DNA from: Candidatus Wukongarchaeum yapensis | GTDB lineage: Archaea > Asgardarchaeota > Wukongarchaeia > Wukongarchaeales > Wukongarchaeaceae | DNA length: 18,531 nt | Assembly (NCBI GenBank): GCA_016840425.1 | Contig: JAEOSI010000020.1 | Span: forward strand, 1 to 18,531 | Direction of reading: 5' to 3' | In this document: in pieces, positions 9,524-18,443 of the stretch | Position numbering within the stretch: position 1 is the first letter of the stretch | Layout of the letters: each line of letters starts with the position of its first letter | Program-made: the position numbers and the translations under genes | The notes under the pieces: model-generated | The model's database searches: none | The model's input: the letters and a program-made list of their open reading frames with translations, nothing else | Told to the model about the DNA's origin: nothing

Positions 9524-9970
9524 TTACCTGCGTATCATGCGTATGCCCGTATTAACATGGTTAAGCTGCCTTTCAGTATAAGGTTTTAAAAGCTTAAAAC
9601 CGAAATTTGAATACCATTCTATAAGACCTTTCCTCCGCTCTAAAAACTCCCTTCTTAACAACTCTTTACCACCTTTTTCAAAAGGTTTTACAACAAGGGT
9701 CGCTATCGCATTTCTCTCATCTAAAAAGTCTAGAAACTTATTCATCAAGGTCTTTCCATATCCCTTGTTCCTAAAATCAGGATCAACATAAATCTTGAAA
9801 AGTTTATACAATCCAAGAGTGAATTCGTCCACTTCCAACCGTGCAACAATTTTCCTCCTTTTACCTGCCGGAACCGTACTAATAGTAAAAAAATAAGAGT
9901 CACGCCTTTTTACAACACGCAAAATATCATTCAAAGATTTTCTTCCTTTGAATAATGTTTCCTTCCCCAT
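9524..9970 (-). CDS. GNAT-family N-acetyltransferase
   Basis: Acetyl-CoA motif A YVDPDFRNKGYGKTLM and motif B LIEWYSNFGF. ATG 9970 has GAGG upstream; the ORF track extends to 10009. Confidence 0.82.
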   Translation of the reverse strand: MGKETLFKGRKSLNDILRVVKRRDSYFFTISTVPAGKRRKIVARLEVDEFTLGLYKLFKIYVDPDFRNKGYGKTLMNKFLDFLDERNAIATLVVKPFEKGGKELLRREFLERRKGLIEWYSNFGFKLLKPYTERQLNHVNTGIRMIRR

Positions 9971-10262
9971 GCAAAACCTCTTTTTCACCCCAAGATCGGA
10001 CGTAAGCAATCACCTTAAAATTATCACACCTACAACCCTAAAACAAAATATATACATCCCATCTCAAATAACTTTCTACTCCTTAAGTATATTACAATTA
10101 AACCCTATATATGGACATATTAATAGTTTAGAACCCTTCAACTCCTACCTTATAAAAATATCTCAAGACTATATTTAAAAAAACAACCAAAACCAAATTT
10201 GACATAAAAACAAAAAAAAACAAAGCGAACCCGAAAACAGGCTCAACAAGAGGTTTTCACTC

Positions 10263-10733
10263 TTGCTAAATTTAGAAAAAGAAAAAGTTTACCCCATAGG
10301 ATACGTAGCAAAAGTTTGGGACGAAGAAAAAGCCAAGATAAAGATTAAAAAAGAGTTTGCAGAAGGTTTTGAAAGAATTGAGGAGTTTTCCCACTTAATA
10401 ATCCTTTACTGGTTTCATCTTCGCGATAATTCGGAGCATAGAACTGTTTTAAAAGTCCATCCAAAAAGACATCCCGACGCCCCCATCGTAGGCGTTTTTT
10501 CTTCCCGCAGCCCGAGTAGACCGAACCCCATAGGACTATGTATAGTAAAAATTTTGGAAATAGGGAGAAACTATGAGTATATAGATGTCGAGGGATTAGA
10601 TGCTCTGGAGGACAGCCCAATAATCGATATAAAACCCTATATTCCCCTCAGAGACACAATACCTAAAGCCACTATCCCCCATTGGCTTAAAAAACAAACA
10701 GACAACAATCGAAATCCTGAGAAATATCTTTGA
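10263..10733 (+). CDS. trmO: tRNA (N6-threonylcarbamoyladenosine(37)-N6)-methyltransferase TrmO/TsaA (YaeB/AF0241 family)
   Basis: PIGYV, FSHLIILYWFH, GVFSSRSPSRPNPIGL, LDALEDSPIIDIKPY. Confidence 0.92.
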   Translation: MLNLEKEKVYPIGYVAKVWDEEKAKIKIKKEFAEGFERIEEFSHLIILYWFHLRDNSEHRTVLKVHPKRHPDAPIVGVFSSRSPSRPNPIGLCIVKILEIGRNYEYIDVEGLDALEDSPIIDIKPYIPLRDTIPKATIPHWLKKQTDNNRNPEKYL

Positions 10734-10816
10734 TAAAAAACTTTTAAAGCAAAAAAAAGTTCGAAAACAAAAAAAAACGTGAGAAAATCTAAGAGATTTT
10801 AATGGTGGCTTAAAAC

Positions 10817-12247
10817 ATGGATAAAAAAGAAGAAGATTCTTTACAAGGTTACAGAGGAGAAGCTCAAAAAACGCTACAAAAGTACGGCGTAAAAGTATGG
10901 TCCGAAGTAAAAATAACAGGAAAAAAACGAATTTTTGAAGGAATAGTGCTCCCAAGAAGCGAACTAGGAGACGACAAACACATCGTGATAAAACTACCAA
11001 ACGGATACGACATAGGAATAAACATCAAAGACATAGAAACAATAGAAGAAAAAGGATACGAACCCGCCGCCTACAAACTCCCAGAAAAAACCTTTCCAAA
11101 AGACGAGAAAAAACCCAACGTAACCCTCCTAGGCACCGGAGGAACCGTAGCAGCCCGCCTCGACTACCGCACAGGCGCCGTAATACCCGCCTTCACCCCC
11201 CAAGAACTCTTCACAGCAGTACCAGAACTAACAGACATCTGCAACCTAGAAACAAGAACAATCTACGAAATATTCTCAGAAAACATGAAACCAGAACACT
11301 GGCAAAAAATCGCCGAAGAAACAGCCAAAGAAATAAACAAAGGAACAGAAGGAGTCATAATCGCCCACGGAACAGACACAATGCACTACACAGCATCAGC
11401 CCTCACATTCATGCTAAAAAACCTACCCGTACCCGTCGTAATGGTCGGAAGCCAAAGAAGCAGCGACCGCCCCTCAAGCGACGCAGCAACAAACCTCATA
11501 AGCGCCACCCTAACCGCCGCAAAAAGCGACATAGCCGAAGTAACAATCTGCATGCACGAAACAACAAACGACCCCACCTGCCTCATACACAGAGGAACAA
11601 GAGCAAGAAAAATGCACTCAAGCAGAAGAGACACCTTCCGCACCATAGACGACACACCCCTCGCAAAAGTAAACCCCCTCACAAAACAAATCACACCCCT
11701 AAGAAAAGACTACAACAAAAGAAAAAAAACCAACAAGAAGAAGAAAGAGGAGAAGAAGAAGGAAGAGAAGAAAAAAGAAGAAAGAGGAGAAGAAGAAGGA
11801 AGAGAAGTAATAGCAGACACAGCCTTCGAAGAAAAAACAGCCCTAATATACACATACCCAGGCATAAAAAAAGAGATAATAGAACACCTAATAGACCAAA
11901 ACTACAAAGGAATAGTCATAGCAGGAACAGGACTCGGACACACACCAGAAACACTCATCCCCACCCTAGAAAGAGCAATACAACAACAAAACATGACAAT
12001 AGTAATGACCACACAATGCCTCTGGGGCCACATAAAAATGAACGTATACGACACAGGCAGAAAACTCCTAAAAATAGGCGTAATACCCGGAGCCAACATG
12101 CTCCCAGAAACCGCCTACATAAAACTAGGACACATACTAGGACACACACAAAACAAAGAAGAAATAAAAAAACTCATACAAACAAACATAGCAGGAGAAA
12201 TCACAAAAAGAGAAAAACACAAAGCCTACCAAATACTCCAAAACTAA
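10817..12247 (+). CDS. gatD: Glutamyl-tRNA(Gln) amidotransferase subunit D (asparaginase-like)
   Basis: N-terminal KLPNGYDIG domain, GTGGTVAARLDYRTGAV, HGTDTM, SQRSSDRPSSDA, MLPETAYIKL. Confidence 0.97.
   Translation: MDKKEEDSLQGYRGEAQKTLQKYGVKVWSEVKITGKKRIFEGIVLPRSELGDDKHIVIKLPNGYDIGINIKDIETIEEKGYEPAAYKLPEKTFPKDEKKPNVTLLGTGGTVAARLDYRTGAVIPAFTPQELFTAVPELTDICNLETRTIYEIFSENMKPEHWQKIAEETAKEINKGTEGVIIAHGTDTMHYTASALTFMLKNLPVPVVMVGSQRSSDRPSSDAATNLISATLTAAKSDIAEVTICMHETTNDPTCLIHRGTRARKMHSSRRDTFRTIDDTPLAKVNPLTKQITPLRKDYNKRKKTNKKKKEEKKKEEKKKEERGEEEGREVIADTAFEEKTALIYTYPGIKKEIIEHLIDQNYKGIVIAGTGLGHTPETLIPTLERAIQQQNMTIVMTTQCLWGHIKMNVYDTGRKLLKIGVIPGANMLPETAYIKLGHILGHTQNKEEIKKLIQTNIAGEITKREKHKAYQILQN
11738..11807 (+). 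repeat. Tandem duplication inside gatD: two identical 33-nt copies (11738-11770, 11775-11807), period 37 nt
   Basis: aagaagaaagaggagaagaagaaggaagagaag twice, read in different frames (KKKEEKKKEEK versus EERGEEEGRE). Confidence 0.9.
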
Positions 12248-12353
12248 GAAAACCGAAAAACACCAGCTCTTCTTAGATATACATTAGATGATTATTTTCA
12301 GGCAAATTTTTACCATCGCTTGAGAACTCAACCCTAAAAAAACTACCCCCAAC

Positions 12354-12768
12354 CAAAAACACGCAAAAAAACAACAACCACTAACCAAAAAAATGTAAAC
12401 TTTAAAACAAAAACACGCAAAAAATACACACAAAAAAATAAACCAAAAGGTTAAAAGCCTTAAACAAACCAAATATAAATGCAAATAAACAAAAAAAACA
12501 CAAAAGATCAACTCCCCACCAAACCAGAAGATATAAAAACACCCAACACACAACAAAGTTTTGCTACAAAAATAATAGTAACTCCCTAGATGCAGACCAA
12601 TGAACCGAAAAACCCACTCTTTTGGGTGTAAGGCTCCCTTGGTCGAAGAATAGATGCAAACCAAGAGAATGAAAAAAAGACCTATTCTTTTGGTTGAAGG
12701 ATCAAAGGGAGAGCGGGAGATATCAAAAAAAAACACACAAAGATACCCTCCCAAAAACACGCAAAAAA
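12354..12768. repeat. Three dispersed identical 17-mers CAAAAACACGCAAAAAA (12354, 12408, 12752)
   Basis: Read directly from the sequence. The background is A/C low-complexity, so information content is modest. Confidence 0.65.
12524..12538 (+). promoter_or_regulatory. Candidate BRE/TATA for the 16S transcript
   Basis: CCAGAAG followed by ATATAAAA, upstream of the processing-stem 5' arm. Another candidate lies at ~12473. Position is plausible but unproven. Confidence 0.3.
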
Positions 12769-12809
12769 AACAATAACTCACTCCCAAACTCCCTTAATGA
12801 AGATCACGC

Positions 12810-12892
12810 AAAGGCCCAAAAACAAATAACAATCCCAGCAGAAAACAGAAAAACCCGCTAAAACAAAAACCCCCCCGGAAAAACAAAACAAA
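12810..12892 (+). other. 5' arm of the pre-16S rRNA processing stem, including one BHB strand
   Basis: AATCCCA(12831-37)/TGGGATT(14628-34); central helix GCAG(12838-41)/CTGC(14621-24); 3-nt bulges AAA(12842-44) and TCA(14625-27); ACAGAAAA(12845-52)/TTTTCTGT(14613-20); further pairs CCCCGGAAA/TTTCCGGGG and CAAAACAAA/TTTGTTTTG. Confidence 0.85.
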
Positions 12893-13038
12893 AAAGCGCT
12901 GGGTGTCAGAACCAGACAAAACCCAAAAAAAAACGGTAAAAATGAATGAAAGGTTCAATCCAACAGCGCAAGCAAAAACTCCCCCAAAAACAAAAAAAAC
13001 AAACAAATAGCGGTCAAAAACTTCCCGTCAACTAAACA

Positions 13039-14575
<1,537 letters not shown>

Positions 14576-14580
14576 GATCG

Positions 14581-14645
14581 TTTGTTTTGGGATTTCCGGG
14601 GTGGAGAAGGGCTTTTCTGTCTGCTCATGGGATTTTTGGGCCTTT
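14581..14645 (+). other. 3' arm of the pre-16S rRNA processing stem, including the second BHB strand
   Basis: Complementary to 12810-12892 as listed for the 5' arm. Confidence 0.85.
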
Positions 14646-14651
14646 TTACCT
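14598..14651 (+). repeat. Direct repeat, copy 1 (16S trailer)
   Basis: 31-nt core AGGGCTTTTCTGTCTGCTCATGGGATTTTTG (14608-38) plus GGCCTTTTTACCT (14639-51), both identical to copy 2. Confidence 0.93.
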
Positions 14652-14739
14652 ACCTCTTCTTTTATCTTGAACAGTCTATTTAATTGGGAGTGATTTTTAG
14701 GAGTGCATAAAAAAAGATACAAAGAAAATTTAGCCTTCT

Positions 14740-15504
14740 TTATTGATCATTTCTTCTTTTTTTAATAATATAGAATTCAAATTTTACCATTTTTTCGTAA
14801 AAACAATTCCATAATTCAATGATCATTTGTGCAAATTCTCTGTACTGTTTAGCAGTAAAGTAAAAACCTTTTTCGTCTGTTTTTTCATCTGTTCGTCTAT
14901 GGGGGAAAGAAGAATCCATCTGGCTCACTGTAAAGTTAAGATTACTAGTTATAGTATCAATTAATCTAACTTCCTTAGACGATAATATTTTCTTTTCTTT
15001 AGGTCTAATTATATCCAATTCTTGGACAAATTGTTTTAATTTTGAGAGAAATTGGTTAAACTTTTTTTCATCCCATAGTTTTATCTGTTTTTCAACTTCC
15101 TTTTCCCTATTTACGATATATTCTCTAAATGTAGTAATTATCGCTATATCACCTTTTTGAAAATCATTCTCAACAAAAGTTTCATCCAATATCTTATAAT
15201 AATCATTTATTAAATCTAGATCTCCTAGAGTATCTCTCATATAATTAATAATCAATTTACGAACTTTTCCATAAAATACTGAGTTCCTTTCAAAATCTTC
15301 CTTTTCCTTTTCAAATTCTTCCTTCTTTTTTTCCTCTAACCCATGATACCAATATAAATAGCTAACACTAATCGCTATAATGAGAGTAAATAATATTTCC
15401 GAAAGAAGGTCTTTGAAAAAAAGATAGCTTATAATCACAGTTAGCAAGAGGAATATTGCAATTTTAAGAATAAGGCTTTCTTTAAAACGGTTAACAATTT
15501 TCAC
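14740..15504 (-). CDS. Hypothetical protein with two N-terminal transmembrane helices and a charged helical region
   Basis: Hydrophobic stretches LILKIAIFLLLTVIISYLFF and ILFTLIIAISVSYLYWY. GTG start with GGGGAG upstream. Confidence 0.75.
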   Translation of the reverse strand: MKIVNRFKESLILKIAIFLLLTVIISYLFFKDLLSEILFTLIIAISVSYLYWYHGLEEKKKEEFEKEKEDFERNSVFYGKVRKLIINYMRDTLGDLDLINDYYKILDETFVENDFQKGDIAIITTFREYIVNREKEVEKQIKLWDEKKFNQFLSKLKQFVQELDIIRPKEKKILSSKEVRLIDTITSNLNFTVSQMDSSFPHRRTDEKTDEKGFYFTAKQYREFAQMIIELWNCFYEKMVKFEFYIIKKRRNDQ

Positions 15505-15613
15505 CTTTACTGCTCCCCTTAAAGTTTAATTTTGAAGTACTCTACTTTCTTCAACAAATTTCATGTAAATAGAGCTTGCTTATCTCCACAAAAAAGAAAT
15601 TATCTTTAAGTTA

Positions 15614-16543
15614 TCACGAGATTATCTCATCATAATAGACTTGTAACTTGACCAAGTCTTTTTTGCTTACTTCCCTAGAGTGGGCAATAGCATTCCTTAT
15701 AGGTTCTAGTTCACTTAGTTTAACGGAAATTACTTTCTCGTCTTTGAATTTCTCTTTAAACACTTGTTCCCAATTTTCTTTATCAGTTATTATTTTTACG
15801 TAATCTGTAAAATCAACGTAGTGAATGGGATGGAGGTCTTCGCCTTTGTGCCATGGATATTGTTTCTCATCTTTTTCTTTTCGTTGTTCTGCTTTTTTAC
15901 GAATTTTTGATGGTATTCTTTCTTCCCACCAATTTTCAGAAACCATTTTGAGTTTAGTTTTGATATATTCTCTCAGCTTTGTTTCTAGTTTTTTCAATAT
16001 CTTGTAGGGTTCTTCCATCCGTTTCTTTCTTTCTTGTTCAAGGATCTGAGGGATCTCTTTGTTATAGATAAGGGGATGATTTTTGATCGTTCGAAGGATT
16101 GAAATGGCATGTTTTATCCTAGTTTCGGGTTTTACATAACTATAAACCCGATCAATTTTATTCATTATCAGGTAACTGTTACCTTCAGCAGTTAGATTCT
16201 TCCTCTTTATAGAAACAGATCCAAGATAGTTTTTGATCCTTTCAAGCCATCCCTCACATTTGAATAGAAAGGATCGATCTGTATCTTTCTGTTGCTTTTT
16301 TCGTTGAGCATCAAGATGTTTTTTAGTATATTTTCGTGCCCGTTTTCTTGTTCCAGGTATCCCTAATACTTGGTCTGCAATTTCACCAGCTATTTCGATT
16401 TTAATATCGTCAACTATTTCTTGCCCTACTCTCTTTGTTTCCTTCCCTAAACTTTCGACTTCTCTTGCTAAACTCTCTCCTTCACGAATGAATTGCTCGA
16501 TTTGGCTTTTTATATCCTCCGAAATCTTTATTCCCCAGCTAAT
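15614..16543 (-). CDS. Swt1-like HEPN domain protein (putative RNase) with an N-terminal extension lacking a canonical start
   Basis: C-terminal Y..L..LE..LR.YI...WW...IP...YVDF.DY..II...NW..F...IRNAIAHSR with the HEPN RxxxxH motif. The frame stays open 126 codons upstream of the ORF-track ATG 16165, up to TAA 16546-16544. Confidence 0.72.
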   Translation of the reverse strand: MSWGIKISEDIKSQIEQFIREGESLAREVESLGKETKRVGQEIVDDIKIEIAGEIADQVLGIPGTRKRARKYTKKHLDAQRKKQQKDTDRSFLFKCEGWLERIKNYLGSVSIKRKNLTAEGNSYLIMNKIDRVYSYVKPETRIKHAISILRTIKNHPLIYNKEIPQILEQERKKRMEEPYKILKKLETKLREYIKTKLKMVSENWWEERIPSKIRKKAEQRKEKDEKQYPWHKGEDLHPIHYVDFTDYVKIITDKENWEQVFKEKFKDEKVISVKLSELEPIRNAIAHSREVSKKDLVKLQVYYDEIIS

Positions 16544-16597
16544 TTACTTTAAAGTGTCTTTAAGGTTTGTCATCAAGAATAGTTTAATATTTTTAAA

Positions 16598-16605
16598 TTT
16601 ATAAA
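16598..16605. promoter_or_regulatory. Palindromic TTTATAAA, candidate shared TATA box for the divergent HEPN and nuclease genes
   Basis: Lies in the AT-rich gap between the divergent ORFs, about 27 nt from ATG 16573 on the minus strand and about 35 nt before GTG 16640. Confidence 0.35.
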
Positions 16606-16639
16606 TCATTAAACATTTTTTTAAACGGGAAGATGTGGG

Positions 16640-17548
16640 GTGATTGGATTGGAGAAGAAGAGGTTTGAAAAGTTGGATTTGATTTTGAGTGATTTTTTTG
16701 AGGCTCTTTTTGAGATGAAGACAGAATTCGAAGAAGGGGAGTTGGATCCTGTGAAAGCTTTGGAAACTTATGAGAGGTATGCTTTGGGTCATAAGGCGGA
16801 GCGTGATTTTTTTCGGGGAGTGAATTCGATCGATACGACTTATGTTAGGGTTTCTGCGATTAAGATGTATCATAGAAGGTGGAAGGAGGGTGAGAGGGTT
16901 CTTGATGCTCAGCTTATTTTGCAGAAGGGTAATGATAAGAGGATTTTTGGTGTTGAGTTGAAGTCGAAGTTGTTTGTTGTTCCTGAATTCAAGGGTTCTT
17001 TTTGTAACTTGAAGTGTTTGGTTTCTTTTCCTAAGTATCAGATTGAAGGAGAGAAAAGATTTTGTGAGAATAATGGTTTTGAAGGTTTATTGCTTGGAAT
17101 TGATTTGAGAAAAAACGTTTTTGCGAGAGGAGTTAGACAGTTTTTTAATAGGGTTTTAAGTCGAGAAGAAAAGGATTATGAAAAAGTTCTAGAGAGCGTT
17201 AATATCATAATAAGGAGCAATAAGGCTGAGAATGTTAATTATATAACAGATGTAATTCCTTACATGGTTGATCAGGACTTTGACTATTTGATTTCGGGGA
17301 TTGAGGAGTCTTGGAAATTGAAACATAGGCCTGATTCTTATGAAGGATTTTATTTATTCGGGTTGAGTGATGATATCGTGAAAGAAGCTAAACATGGAAG
17401 ATCTTACTATATTCACCTAGGGGATAGGGAAACTGTTAGTAATTCGCTTTTTATTTTCTTTCCAAAGACTTTGATGGAAGAAAAAGGAGAAAAGAGACAC
17501 ATGGCTTACTTTAATATGGACAAGATATTCAAAAGGTTGCAAGATTGA
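16640..17548 (+). CDS. Putative PD-(D/E)xK (restriction endonuclease-like) nuclease
   Basis: Spacing of helix E (GHKAERDF), strand D (VLDAQL) and ExK (GVELKSK) fits the fold. No specific family is recognised. Confidence 0.6.
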   Translation: MIGLEKKRFEKLDLILSDFFEALFEMKTEFEEGELDPVKALETYERYALGHKAERDFFRGVNSIDTTYVRVSAIKMYHRRWKEGERVLDAQLILQKGNDKRIFGVELKSKLFVVPEFKGSFCNLKCLVSFPKYQIEGEKRFCENNGFEGLLLGIDLRKNVFARGVRQFFNRVLSREEKDYEKVLESVNIIIRSNKAENVNYITDVIPYMVDQDFDYLISGIEESWKLKHRPDSYEGFYLFGLSDDIVKEAKHGRSYYIHLGDRETVSNSLFIFFPKTLMEEKGEKRHMAYFNMDKIFKRLQD

Positions 17549-17592
17549 TGATAAAATGTGACAACCACACTTTTTAAACTTCATAAAAAATA

Positions 17593-17651
17593 GGGGCGGA
17601 GGAGGGCTTTTCTGTCTGCTCATGGGATTTTTGTTTTGGGCCTTTTTACCT
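17593..17651 (+). repeat. Direct repeat, copy 2
   Basis: Same 31-nt core (17603-33), 5 extra nt TTTTG, same 13-nt tail (17639-51). The 10 nt upstream match at 8/10. Confidence 0.93.
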
Positions 17652-17696
17652 TCACTTTTTTTATCGTTTTATCCTGATTTTTAGAGTTTATTTTTT

Positions 17697-18437
17697 CTAT
17701 CCTAAAGGTATTTCTTCTTTGAAGTAGGGGAATTTCTCGAGGATTTTTCGGGGATTTGCTCTTAGTTCAGGCCAGTATTCTGCAAAATAATCTTTAAACC
17801 AATCCCAAGCGTCTTGGAGTTCGTCTTTATAAGAACCAAAAACATCTTCTTTCCATATTCTGTCTTGGTTATTGAACCAGTTCAGAAAGTCGGGGGTTTT
17901 CATAATGTAGGTTTTGATTGGGCGTAAATTCTCTTCCTTCCAAGTGATGCCTTTTGAATCCTTTCGTATTAAGTTAATACCACTCACACGCACCATAGCG
18001 AAAAGAGAGTTTTTCACTGTGTAAAGTGATTCGTAGTAACCTCTCCATGAAACTACCATGCCTATTCCATTTTCCAACAGCCAGTCTTTTATTTCTATAA
18101 ATACCCTCTGCATGTTATCGAATAAGAAGCTATAAGCGCGTTGGTTTTCGCCCCTCTTCTTTTCTTTTAAAGGTAGAGGATTTGCAAAAACCGCCATATC
18201 TTCCCATTTGTAGTCTACATCATTGAATATTTCTTCGTTTACTTTTTTTAGGACTTTATCATTCTCTTCTTTTGACCAGAAGATTACAACATCAAAAACG
18301 CTTTCTGGGTCAGGCTCTTCACAGAACTCACCAAAGAATAGAGTATCTAACAAAGCAAACCTCCATCCCCACTGTCGAGGAGCATCCATCTTTATCTTGT
18401 CGATATGGTTGAGAATCCTCTTTTCAAATTCGTTCAT
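17697..18437 (-). CDS. Hypothetical protein (246 aa, Trp/acid-rich)
   Basis: Long ORF with ATG start and protein-like composition; no motif recognised. Confidence 0.7.
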   Translation of the reverse strand: MNEFEKRILNHIDKIKMDAPRQWGWRFALLDTLFFGEFCEEPDPESVFDVVIFWSKEENDKVLKKVNEEIFNDVDYKWEDMAVFANPLPLKEKKRGENQRAYSFLFDNMQRVFIEIKDWLLENGIGMVVSWRGYYESLYTVKNSLFAMVRVSGINLIRKDSKGITWKEENLRPIKTYIMKTPDFLNWFNNQDRIWKEDVFGSYKDELQDAWDWFKDYFAEYWPELRANPRKILEKFPYFKEEIPLG

Positions 18438-18443
18438 TTCAAA

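Larger units (their letters stand above)
14598..17651. mobile_element. Putative ~3-kb integrated cassette bounded by direct repeats of the 16S 3' processing arm
   Basis: Flanking direct repeats and AT-rich cargo of orphan/nuclease genes. No integrase or transposase is visible inside, so mobility is inferred. Confidence 0.55.

Noticed and set aside
8467-12276. Alternative-frame and antisense ORFs over gatE, trmO and gatD (e.g. 8668-9345, 12016-12276)
   Set aside because: By-products of the extreme codon skew, which removes stop codons from other frames.
12284-13006. Minus-strand ORFs of 167 aa and 70 aa rich in F/V/C/G
   Set aside because: These are translations of the G/T-rich complement of low-complexity A/C DNA, which is poor in stop codons. 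They overlap the rRNA leader and processing arm.
12248-13038. Canonical ORB-type origin, SRP RNA or RNase P RNA
   Set aside because: No ORB consensus with G-string, no SRP helix-8 motif and no RNase P P4 motifs. An origin remains only an inference from skew.
14576-14740. tRNA-Ala or 23S start after the 16S gene
   Set aside because: No cloverleaf, T-loop motif or 23S 5' sequence is visible.
16544-16873. 109-aa minus-strand ORF as an independent gene
   Set aside because: Mostly antisense to the nuclease gene. Only its last nine codons (from ATG 16573) matter, as a possible start of the HEPN gene.
14652-17592. Integrase or transposase within the cassette
   Set aside because: No tyrosine/serine recombinase or DDE motifs were recognised in the three ORFs, so any mobility would need a factor in trans.
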